Made by a program: the position numbers and the translations under genes. Below, in pieces: positions 20,472 to 28,931 of a stretch of DNA of 64,000 nt. The notes beneath the pieces were generated by a model. The model ran no database searches, was not told the DNA's origin, and was given only the letters and a program-made list of their open reading frames with translations. The first letter of the stretch is position 1. The number at the start of each line of letters is the position of its first letter. Source of the stretch: Thermoproteota archaeon (GTDB taxonomy: Archaea; Thermoproteota; Methanomethylicia; Methanomethylicales; Methanomethylicaceae); NCBI GenBank assembly GCA_029887795.1, contig JARXPE010000001.1, positions 129,386-193,385 on the forward strand. Reading direction: 5' to 3'.

Positions 20472-21650
20472 TTGAATATAGTGATAATAGATTGTGCAGC
20501 CGCGGGCGTTTCTGGAGACAAGATACTTGCAGCAGCAGTCCATGCGGGCGGGGAAGATCTCCGACTCAGGGTTGAACGAACCATAAAATCAATTGTGGGC
20601 GACATGGTCTTTTATTTTGAGGATGCTGTAGAAAACGGGCTGAGAGGACTCAGGGTGGTCCATGGTATTCACGGTAGGAAATATGACGGGGATCTTGTTG
20701 AGGCTGTGAAATTAGCATCATCAAGGGTAGGTCTGAGCGGCTGGGGGGTGACTACAGCAACAAAGGCAGCAGAACTGATCCTCGAGGCAGAAAAAGAAGT
20801 TCATGGTGAAGGTACACTCCACGAGTTAGGGGAGATTGATACCATAGTCGATATAGTGGGCACGATAAAGGCATTTGAAGAACTCGGGCTGGAAGGTGCG
20901 GAGTTTTTTACCATGCCGTTAAGGGTAGGATCGGGGCACATAGAGAGTGAGCACGGAACCCTGCCGATCCCGGCACCAGCCACGCTTCAGATAGCTCGAA
21001 AGGGCAATGTGCCAATTTTGCTATCGCCTGAGAGTCATGAATACACAACGCCAACAGGAGCAGCATTGATCGCAGCCCTGACTTCGGGGAAAGTCGCACC
21101 ACCAGCCTTCCGTGTTAAGAGGATCGGTCTCGGGATAGGTAGCCTCAAATTGGATCTCCCCAACATTACCCGTGTCATAATAGGGGAGAGTAATGGCTTG
21201 ATAGAAAGGGTATGTGTGGTGGAAACTAATGTGGATGATGTTAGCGGGGAGATCCTGGGATGGTTGTTTGACAGGTTGAAGGGGGTTGCGGAGGACATTT
21301 CCTTCGTGCCTATATTCATGAAGAAGTCCAGACCGGGATTTTCTGTCAGGGTCGTTGTAAAACCAGAGCTGAAAGAAGAGGCAGTTAGAGTGCTTATGGA
21401 AGAGACAGGGACACTCGGCGTCAAGGTATTTAAGTGTGAGAGAGTCAAGGCTGACAGAGAGCTTTCGGAGGAGACCGTGAGAATAGGTTGCACAGAATAT
21501 AAGGTCAGGGTGAAAAAGAGTAAATCACCATGGAGGTTGAAGCCGGAGTTTGATGATTTGAAGAAAATAGCCATCAGCGAGTGTAAGAGTCTGAGAGAGG
21601 TTATGGAAGAGGTAATTAGACAGGTAAACAGAAATACCAAGAGGAAGTAA
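20472..21650 (+). CDS. larC: LarC (DUF111 nickel-pincer cofactor Ni-insertion protein, CTP-dependent).
   Basis: N-terminal IIDCAAAGVSGDKILAA matches the DUF111 signature. 392 aa. Divergent from larB. Confidence 0.75.
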   Translation: MNIVIIDCAAAGVSGDKILAAAVHAGGEDLRLRVERTIKSIVGDMVFYFEDAVENGLRGLRVVHGIHGRKYDGDLVEAVKLASSRVGLSGWGVTTATKAAELILEAEKEVHGEGTLHELGEIDTIVDIVGTIKAFEELGLEGAEFFTMPLRVGSGHIESEHGTLPIPAPATLQIARKGNVPILLSPESHEYTTPTGAALIAALTSGKVAPPAFRVKRIGLGIGSLKLDLPNITRVIIGESNGLIERVCVVETNVDDVSGEILGWLFDRLKGVAEDISFVPIFMKKSRPGFSVRVVVKPELKEEAVRVLMEETGTLGVKVFKCERVKADRELSEETVRIGCTEYKVRVKKSKSPWRLKPEFDDLKKIAISECKSLREVMEEVIRQVNRNTKRK

Positions 21651-21677
21651 AGAGGAAAAGGGATACGTAAAGAGCCA

Positions 21678-21739
21678 GATAGGTAGAAAGTAAAGATTTA
21701 GAGAGTAGGAATTTAGATAGGTGGATAGGTGGATAGGTA
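21678..21739. repeat. Short tandem repeat of the GATAGGT(G/A) octamer: three perfect tandem copies plus one copy 38 bp upstream.
   Basis: 21678-21685, 21716-21723, 21724-21731 and 21732-21739. Located between larC and a hypothetical ORF. Confidence 0.5.
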
Positions 21740-21763
21740 GAAAAATAGACGATAAAGAGGGAT

Positions 21764-22105
21764 TTGCCTGTGGAGACTTCAAAGAAATTGGAGGTTGAGG
21801 ACATTAAAGATTTGGCGAGACTTGTCGCGTCAACAGTTTCAATGGGACAGCCCATATATCTCGTGCATTTCAAACATAACGAGAGACATTACTATGGAGT
21901 TCTGGGGGTCTATAACAACTATTATGATAAATACGGTCTGCCTTTATTTTACTACCATGCGACGGACAAGCCTTATAATGGCAGGTACGTCTTGGTAAAG
22001 ATGGACGAAAGGGAAGAGATTTCATTTGCAGAGGGCGTTAAACCCGGGTGGATTGCGGTCCCGATAATTAACCTGAAAGAGAAACCAGAGTTTGTGGAGA
22101 TTTAA
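21764..22105 (+). CDS. Hypothetical protein (TTG/GTG start).
   Basis: ORF only. Confidence 0.3.
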   Translation: MPVETSKKLEVEDIKDLARLVASTVSMGQPIYLVHFKHNERHYYGVLGVYNNYYDKYGLPLFYYHATDKPYNGRYVLVKMDEREEISFAEGVKPGWIAVPIINLKEKPEFVEI

Positions 22106-22132
22106 GTCCCATTTTTATGAAGACGCAACAGG

Positions 22133-22501
22133 TCACAATAGGGAGACTTTAACCCATTCTCCCTGCCTTACTTTTTTTAGGGGTTCCAAGTCAGTAACAA
22201 CCCTCCCGATTACATTAACAGGACTATATGGCTGAGATTTTCCGTAGAAGATGCAGAAGGCCCTACCTGGAGGCCAATAGGCCACATCGCCAGTTTGAAC
22301 TGTAGAGCGGGACTTCTCAGGACCCATTGTGACAGGAGTCTCGAAGTAAACCTCTTCTTTCCAAAGAAATGCTTTTGAGTTGAAGGGCAGGGCACCGACG
22401 AGCGCCTCTACGGTCCTTGGGGCTAAGATTCGAATCAGTTCAACTTTGCACTCAGCGCTCTGAAAAGAGACCTTCACTGGGATCTTGTCAATAAGATCCA
22501 T
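22133..22501 (-). CDS. Hypothetical protein, possibly the cyclophilin-like fold family (COG2164-like).
   Basis: 122 aa. Motif GDVAYWPPGRAFCIFYG. Weak family recall. Confidence 0.35.
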   Translation of the reverse strand: MDLIDKIPVKVSFQSAECKVELIRILAPRTVEALVGALPFNSKAFLWKEEVYFETPVTMGPEKSRSTVQTGDVAYWPPGRAFCIFYGKSQPYSPVNVIGRVVTDLEPLKKVRQGEWVKVSLL

Positions 22502-22513
22502 CGGGTAGCCCCA

Positions 22514-22813
22514 CTATGCAGCAGGCATGTAGATATCGAGGCGGCGACCGCTCTTAACAGGCTTAAGTATGCCCTGCTTCGTGAGGGACTCGAGTATGTC
22601 CTTCGATATGCTGTACTTTAGGTTGTATTTGGAGTAAATCTGGTAGGGAGTTACAAATTTCATCTTACTTACTTCCTTCTTGATTTGATCCACTACCTTT
22701 GGATCGATCAATATCGTAGTGGAAGCCTTTGTTACTTCTTTCTTTGGGGCCTCTTTCTTGCCAGACTCAAGTTCTTTAGCAGGCTTTGGCGCCGACTTTT
22801 TTCCGCCGCCCAT
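22514..22813 (-). CDS. rps25e: Ribosomal protein eS25.
   Basis: K-rich N-terminus, then FVTPYQIYSKYNLKYSISKDILESLTKQGIL winged-helix as in S25e. Start adjusted to MGGGKK. Confidence 0.7.
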   Translation of the reverse strand: MGGGKKSAPKPAKELESGKKEAPKKEVTKASTTILIDPKVVDQIKKEVSKMKFVTPYQIYSKYNLKYSISKDILESLTKQGILKPVKSGRRLDIYMPAA

Positions 22814-22987
22814 ATAATACACCAAAAGCCAAGATAAGGGTATTGAAATAAAAAGGTTTTGGTTTTCAGAGTTTCCTTGAGAGTCAAATATGTTTACGAA
22901 AATTTTCTACTTGGGATCTTCCAGATCAGATGGGGGTTTGAAGAGATGGAAAAAAGAGTAGACGGATATAATGATAAGGAGCGATTA

Positions 22988-24448
22988 TTATGAGGGAGTT
23001 TGAATAGGAGTGCTGTGAGCACGCTCCAAGATTGGTCTGTGAATAGAGTTCATTGTGCAGAATGGTATGATTTTTCCATCTGGGAATGCATAGTGGATCG
23101 TGCACCTATTCACACGATCCAGATCGAAGTTATAGGGATCCATGAAGTGCATGCACCCTATTAGGATGACCTTCCGCATGAACTGCCCCAAGGTATCATA
23201 ATCGCCTTGCATTAGTACGGACGAGACGAGGTTTCCCAAGAGTGACAGCTTAACGTGTCTCGTGGCGCCCAAGAGCCTCATTTTTGCCCTAAGCATAGAG
23301 CCTCTTGAGGCATCTTCGTAAACCTTGTTGAGCGAAGACATGAACTTTTCGACGTTGGCATAACGCGTTATTGGGACAATTTTGTCCCCCTCGGGAATGA
23401 TCATAGTCGCCATTCCGCAGTGTTGGTGGTTAGTGAACTCCTGGTACCGCCTCCCCTTGAGTGCGCCGACGGCTCTGGAGATGGGAAGAACGACTGGAAT
23501 GGGGTAAAAGTCGCTGACCTTGATCTCGCCGTTTGTCTGCTCCTCCGCTAGTTTTAGAACGTCAGGTATCGTTATCCGCATCTCTTTCAGCTTTTTCTTG
23601 TCTATCCTGCCTGCCATTGAAACCGGTTGGAAGTTTACTCCCCTGACCACATCGCTGTTCCTTGAGGCAAATCTTATTATAGCCCCTATCTGGTCATCGT
23701 TTATCCCTTTTACGACCGTTGGAACGAGAACGAGGCTGTCCAAGCCGACAGTCCTGCAATTTTCGATTACCTTTAGCTTTGTTTCGAAGAGATCTAAGCC
23801 TCTGGCTGCAATATATGGCCCAGGCTTCATGCCATCGAATTGTAGATATAGTGTGCTGAGCCCTGCATCCATGAGTCTCCTTAGGTAATCTATGTCCTTT
23901 GCAATCCTTATCCCGTTTGTATTAACTTCAATGTGGTGGAAGCCGAGTTCCTTCGCCATTGCAATGAGCTCGGGAAGATCCTCCCTAACGGTAGGCTCTC
24001 CGCCAGAGAACTGAATGGAGTTGGGAGCGACGGGTTGATTCTCTCTAAGGTTCTTTAGCATGGAGCGGACCTCGTCCTGGGTCGGCTCGTATAGGTAGCC
24101 GGCAGTTGCGGCGTTGGCGAAGCATATTGGACACTTGAGGTTGCATCTGTTGGTAACGTCAATTATAGACAGTACTGTATGGGATCTATGCGCAGGACAT
24201 ATTCCACAGTCGTATGGGCAACCCTTAACGGTCTGAGTCCTAGGGTTCTTGACGCCCTCGCCAATACACTCGTATCCTTCAACCTTCTTGAATAGCTCGT
24301 AATCGCTCCAGTAAACATCCTCAAATCTGCCGTGGGACGGGCATGTTTTCGCTATGTAAACCGCACCGTCCTCTTCGTATATATCAGCATCCAAGACCTG
24401 CATGCATTCAGGACAAAGACTCTTAGTTTTCTTTATGATCTGCATCAC
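22988..24448 (-). CDS. Radical SAM protein of the COG1964 family (Tes/GDGT-MAS tetraether-lipid synthase-like, or MJ0619-like) with an N-terminal zinc ribbon.
   Basis: N-terminal CPECxxxCPSHG, CPYDCGICPAH and radical SAM CNLKCPIC, plus a large C-terminal domain. 486 aa. Confidence 0.5.
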   Translation of the reverse strand: MMQIIKKTKSLCPECMQVLDADIYEEDGAVYIAKTCPSHGRFEDVYWSDYELFKKVEGYECIGEGVKNPRTQTVKGCPYDCGICPAHRSHTVLSIIDVTNRCNLKCPICFANAATAGYLYEPTQDEVRSMLKNLRENQPVAPNSIQFSGGEPTVREDLPELIAMAKELGFHHIEVNTNGIRIAKDIDYLRRLMDAGLSTLYLQFDGMKPGPYIAARGLDLFETKLKVIENCRTVGLDSLVLVPTVVKGINDDQIGAIIRFASRNSDVVRGVNFQPVSMAGRIDKKKLKEMRITIPDVLKLAEEQTNGEIKVSDFYPIPVVLPISRAVGALKGRRYQEFTNHQHCGMATMIIPEGDKIVPITRYANVEKFMSSLNKVYEDASRGSMLRAKMRLLGATRHVKLSLLGNLVSSVLMQGDYDTLGQFMRKVILIGCMHFMDPYNFDLDRVNRCTIHYAFPDGKIIPFCTMNSIHRPILERAHSTPIQTPS

Positions 24449-24508
24449 AGATCACGCCGGCAACTTCACCATTAATTTATATTTGAATATTTTCATATAC
24501 TTCATAAG

Positions 24509-25258
24509 TTGATACGTATGTTAGAGGTCGAAGTTATCAGGGCTCTGAGGGATTGTGGGCTGACGGAGACCGAGGCAAAAGTTTACTTGGCATTAATAAG
24601 AAGTAAGGGTGATGCAAAAGAGATCAGTGCGAGGAGCAAGGTCCCCTACAGCAAGATCCACACAGTTTTGTCCAGCCTCCTGGAGAAGTCGCTGATAACA
24701 GCATCGAGCGACAGACCAGTTGTATACTCCGCAAGAAGTGTTGGTGAGGGGCTCGGAGAGTATAAGATCAGAGTACAGAAGGGCATTGAGGAAGCTTTTA
24801 GGAGGGCGGAGCAGGCTTTGACGGAAATTCAGGGAGAACCCGAGAAGTCGGATATTTGGATTATAAAGAGCAGTGAGGAGATTTTAAGTAAGGCTCATCA
24901 CATGCTGAGGATGTCGAAAAGAGAGGTAAAGTTGGCACTACCAATCATGCCAGAATGGTTGAACGAGGAAATTTTGCCAGTTCTGATCAGATTGAGGGCT
25001 CAGGAAGTCGAAGTGAAAGTGCTTGTGACAACGGAGGTTAATGAAGGCGTAGTTCATAAGTTATCGGAAATTTCCACGGTGAGGAGGAGGGACAAGATGT
25101 TTGGAGGCGGACTGATCGTAGACGATGTCGAGGTCATGCTCTTCATAGGTAGCAACGGGGGCGCGATGGGTACAGCCATATGGGCAAGCCACCCGGGCTT
25201 GGTGGAGCTCGCCAGCGACTACTTTGACTTTTTGTGGGCTGGCTCGGAGACGCCTTGA
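24509..25258 (+). CDS. TrmB-family transcriptional regulator (wHTH plus C-terminal sensor domain).
   Basis: N-terminal LTETEAKVYLALIRSKGDAKEISARSKVPYSKIHTVL. Confidence 0.7.
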   Translation: MIRMLEVEVIRALRDCGLTETEAKVYLALIRSKGDAKEISARSKVPYSKIHTVLSSLLEKSLITASSDRPVVYSARSVGEGLGEYKIRVQKGIEEAFRRAEQALTEIQGEPEKSDIWIIKSSEEILSKAHHMLRMSKREVKLALPIMPEWLNEEILPVLIRLRAQEVEVKVLVTTEVNEGVVHKLSEISTVRRRDKMFGGGLIVDDVEVMLFIGSNGGAMGTAIWASHPGLVELASDYFDFLWAGSETP

Positions 25259-25986
25259 GACCTCATAGGTGTCAGACCACCGCGCTCTATGGTGAAGTAG
25301 TGCCAAACGGTGTCATGCATGGCACCCTTCATCTTTCTCACGCGTAGCTGTCTGGCAAGGAGACCTTGTTGCGCCAGTAACGGATCGAACCGGAAATCGA
25401 TTATTCCGTCCACAAGATAGTCAATCATGGCAGCGAACTCGTCTATTGTCTTCAGGCCAATATGGTATGTTGCGAAGATGGGGATCCCCATCATCTTGCA
25501 GAACTCGACCCTCCAATTCTTTACGGTCTCGAGGGTTGAGGTGGGTTCACTAATCGTAAAAAACTCTGTAAGGGAGTCGATGAATATGGCACCCTTTCCC
25601 TCCATCCCTTCAGCTGTGGAAAGGAGAGTGCCTGTGAGTTCGTGATGGTCCTTCGGATTCTGAACTACACGGATTCCGTCTGTCGGCTTGGGTAGCATTC
25701 GGGCTCTAAAGGAGAAGCAGTCAACAATCCGAAGGATGTTATTTGCAAGAGCCCCGCGAACCTCGTATCCGAGGCGTAGGAAGTTATTTATTATGGATGA
25801 TGGGCTGTCGTCGAACGTAATGAACATGCATGGCTCACCTAACCTAATTCTAGTGCCTGCGGCCTGTGCTAGCGCCACAGACTTGCCCGTGCCCCCCTCC
25901 CCAAATAAAAGTACGAAGCTGTTCCTCGGCATACCATCTGGCAATAGAGAATCTATCATAGGGATTCCTAAAGTGATGTATGACAT
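25219..25986 (-). CDS. KaiC-like / RecA-superfamily ATPase, single domain.
   Basis: Walker A GEGGTGKS. KaiC/RadB-like length of 255 aa. Confidence 0.6.
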   Translation of the reverse strand: MSYITLGIPMIDSLLPDGMPRNSFVLLFGEGGTGKSVALAQAAGTRIRLGEPCMFITFDDSPSSIINNFLRLGYEVRGALANNILRIVDCFSFRARMLPKPTDGIRVVQNPKDHHELTGTLLSTAEGMEGKGAIFIDSLTEFFTISEPTSTLETVKNWRVEFCKMMGIPIFATYHIGLKTIDEFAAMIDYLVDGIIDFRFDPLLAQQGLLARQLRVRKMKGAMHDTVWHYFTIERGGLTPMRSQGVSEPAHKKSK

Positions 25987-26153
25987 ATGACTTCAACGCT
26001 TTAATTTTTGTGCCTTCTGGCTTAAAAATAAGACCTTTTTTTGGCTCAGTTGTACAGGAATAATAATTCGAATAATGATTAAAATTAATGATTTTGTAAA
26101 AATGACAATTTAAAAGAAAAATATAATAGTCACCATTTTAAACTTTATCGGTA

Positions 26154-27146
26154 TTGTTTGGAGGGTTTTCGTTGGCTAAAAATGGAAAGAGGATTTTAGT
26201 TGCCCTTGGCGGCAATGCAATAAAGCAAGCACATGAGAAAGGAACGGCTGAAGAGCAGTTTAAGAATGTGTACACCACAGCTAAACACCTAGTGAACATG
26301 ATAGAACACCTAGGAAAGGACGACAGGCTCATAATCACACACGGAAACGGGCCTCAGGCCGGAAACTTGGCGCTTCAACAAGACATTGCCAAGGATGTTG
26401 TGCCGCCACAGCCGCTTGATGTCGTGGGTGCCATGACGCAGGGGCAGATAGGCTACATGTTGCAGCAATGTCTGGAAAACATAATGATGGAGAAGGGTAT
26501 GAAGGTCCCAGTGGTCGCTATAGTCAATCAAGTGCTCGTTGACAAAAACGATCCTGAATTCTTTGGGGAGAACGCCTCAAAGCCAGTTGGAAACTTCTTA
26601 ACAGAAGAAGAAGCCATGAAGATGAAGGCGGAGAAGGGGTGGATTGTAAAGAAAGTGAAGCCCAATGCACCAAAGCCATGGAGGAGAGTAGTCCCATCGC
26701 CAGATCCCATTGCAAATGTTGAGGCAGATGTCATAAAGATACTCGTGGACTCTGGCGTCGTCGTCATAGCCTCGGGCGGAGGGGGAATCCCAGTCATAAA
26801 GGAAAATGGGAAGCTCGTAGGGGTCGAGGCTGTGATCGATAAGGATCTGGCTGGCGAGAGGCTTGCAGAAGTCGTGGAGGCGGACATATTCCTGATTCTG
26901 ACTGATGTCGAGAAGGCTAAACTCAACTTTGGAAAGCCAAATGAGAAGGAGATCGACAGGATGACGGTGTCGGAGGCTAAGAAGTACTTAGATGAGGGGC
27001 ATTTCCTCCCAGGCAGCATGGGACCGAAGGTTAAGGCGTGTATTAGGTTCCTGGAGTGGGGAGGCAAAGAAGCGATAATAACTTCGCTGGACAAGGCAGT
27101 AGACGCCCTAGAGGGAAGAACCGGCACTCACATAGTAAAGGATTAA
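26154..27146 (+). CDS. arcC: Carbamate kinase. Likely start at TTG 26172 giving MAKNGKRILVALGGNAI.
   Basis: Amino-acid kinase family with the carbamate kinase N-terminal signature. Confidence 0.85.
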   Translation: MFGGFSLAKNGKRILVALGGNAIKQAHEKGTAEEQFKNVYTTAKHLVNMIEHLGKDDRLIITHGNGPQAGNLALQQDIAKDVVPPQPLDVVGAMTQGQIGYMLQQCLENIMMEKGMKVPVVAIVNQVLVDKNDPEFFGENASKPVGNFLTEEEAMKMKAEKGWIVKKVKPNAPKPWRRVVPSPDPIANVEADVIKILVDSGVVVIASGGGGIPVIKENGKLVGVEAVIDKDLAGERLAEVVEADIFLILTDVEKAKLNFGKPNEKEIDRMTVSEAKKYLDEGHFLPGSMGPKVKACIRFLEWGGKEAIITSLDKAVDALEGRTGTHIVKD

Positions 27147-27285
27147 CTTTGGGCTCTGGTCTGATGTCATACTTCATCTTTTAGTCCGTAATACCAGCAC
27201 TCATCATAGCCCAATTATCCTAACACCTATTTTTTTAATAAACTTGACGGGTGATGCATAAGGCTTATTAGTAGTAATATAGGAT

Positions 27286-27342
27286 ATTTGGATGGACAAT
27301 CCGTCCAAATGGTGTCATCTCGTCCACCTTTTTTCTATTTTT
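27286..27342 (+). terminator. Hairpin ATTTGGATGG-acaat-CCGTCCAAAT followed by a T-tract (27329-27342) in the 294-bp spacer after arcC.
   Basis: Seen directly. Confidence 0.3.
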
Positions 27343-27440
27343 AAGGTGCTTAGAAGGTTAACGAGGCGTTTAAATGAAAGCCTAGGAGTTTTCTGCCGAT
27401 AAGGTTAAAATGGGCAATATTTTATACATATAAAATACTG

Positions 27441-28517
27441 GTGAAAACGATGAAGATTAAGGTAGCAATTGTGGGTGTTGGCAACTGCGCATCAGCCTTG
27501 GTCCAAGGGACCTACTTCTACAGGGATGCCCCCGAGGACAAAGATATCCCAGGGCTATTGCACGTTAATATGGGAGGATATCACGTCAGAGATCTAGAGT
27601 TTGTGGCGGCGTTTGATGTTGATGCTAATAAGGTAGGCAAAGACCTGTCAGAGGCAATTTTTGCAAGACCTAATAACACCAGGAAGTTCTGCGACGTCCC
27701 AAAGTTGGGGGTGACCGTTAAGAAGGGACCCGTGATGGACGGTTTGGGAAAATACCTGAAGGAATTTCTGACCGTGAGTGACGAGAAAGAGGTTGATGTT
27801 GCAGAGGAATTAAAGAGTTCTGGCGCAGAGATAGTCGTGAACTATCTGCCTGTGGGGTCAGAGCAGGCGGTGAGATGGTACGCGGAGCAGGCGCTAAAAG
27901 CCGGATGTGCCTTCGTTAACTGTATGCCGGTCTTCATAGCCTCCGACAAGGCATGGCAGAAGAAGTTCAAGGATAGGAATCTGCCTGTGGCTGGTGACGA
28001 CGTAATGAGCCAACTAGGTGCAACGGTCCTTCACAAGACCCTCGCCAAGCTTATGGTCGACAGAGGTGTGAGGATCATCGAGAGCTACCAGCTCAACATT
28101 GGAGGAGACACTGATTTTTTAAATATGCTTGAAGAGGCACGGCTAGTCTCCAAGAGGATAAGCAAGACCTCAGCTGTACAAGCAATGATCCCTTACGATA
28201 TTCCATTGAGGATCGGGCCCTCTGACTATGTGCAATTCCTAGACAACAAGAAGATCTGCTACATATACATTAAAGGAGAGTATTTCGGTGGCACGCCGGT
28301 TCAAGTTGATGTAAAGCTGGACGTCTGGGACGCGCCTAACAGCGGCGGGGTGGTGATAGATGTGATAAGGGCATGCAAGATTGCCCTAGACAGAGGGATT
28401 TCGGGACCGCTCATCAGTGCCTCGGCGTTCGCATTTAAACATCCACCAGAGCAGATGCCTTACGAGGTTGCGAAGAGGTGCTTTGAAGAGTTCATAGAGG
28501 GTAAAAGGGAAAGGTAA
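27441..28517 (+). CDS. myo-Inositol-3-phosphate synthase (archaeal short form).
   Basis: KVAIVGVGNCASALVQG N-terminal Rossmann signature of the Ino1 family. 358 aa. Confidence 0.75.
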   Translation: MKTMKIKVAIVGVGNCASALVQGTYFYRDAPEDKDIPGLLHVNMGGYHVRDLEFVAAFDVDANKVGKDLSEAIFARPNNTRKFCDVPKLGVTVKKGPVMDGLGKYLKEFLTVSDEKEVDVAEELKSSGAEIVVNYLPVGSEQAVRWYAEQALKAGCAFVNCMPVFIASDKAWQKKFKDRNLPVAGDDVMSQLGATVLHKTLAKLMVDRGVRIIESYQLNIGGDTDFLNMLEEARLVSKRISKTSAVQAMIPYDIPLRIGPSDYVQFLDNKKICYIYIKGEYFGGTPVQVDVKLDVWDAPNSGGVVIDVIRACKIALDRGISGPLISASAFAFKHPPEQMPYEVAKRCFEEFIEGKRER

Positions 28518-28605
28518 AATAGGGAAATTGAGGCGGACTTTTAATCACTATCAACATTTTTGTAAAAAAGATAAAAAATCTGTGAAACTGGTAAAATAAA
28601 AAAAG

Positions 28606-28917
28606 TTATGGGGTGGGTACCACAGACCTTCCCGAGAACCTTATTGCTTCGGCGGCATTGTCAGGTTTAATCTCGAAAGCAAGTGGTCGTTCGCACCACC
28701 AGAATTTTTGTGCCTTATCCGCCCTATAGTAGGGGCAGATCGGGCAGCACTTTGCCTCAAGCTTCAATAGATACCAGATCGGTGGTGCCTCATCGGACGG
28801 ATAGCTTTTCTGTGGCCATGGTTTCTCTTTTGACACGTATCCGGGGCACTTCGGGCTGACCCTAGGTTCTTGGTTCAGGATGTTCTTATATTCTGGGCAT
28901 AATATGCAGCATGGCAT
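28606..28917 (-). CDS. Cysteine-rich small protein (about 104 aa), last gene of the pyrimidine-catabolism operon. The track ORF is truncated to the internal Met to avoid overlapping the carbamoyltransferase.
   Basis: MPCCILCPEY ... KCPGY ... KCCPICPYY ... WWCE gives two CCxxCP motifs. Starts 15 nt after the upstream stop. Confidence 0.35.
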   Translation of the reverse strand: MPCCILCPEYKNILNQEPRVSPKCPGYVSKEKPWPQKSYPSDEAPPIWYLLKLEAKCCPICPYYRADKAQKFWWCERPLAFEIKPDNAAEAIRFSGRSVVPTP

Positions 28918-28931
28918 TGGATATAACCCCC

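Noticed and set aside
27256-27330. Possible box C/D sRNA (GUGAUGC near-box-C).
   Set aside because: No matching box D (CUGA) or C'/D' arrangement at the appropriate spacing.
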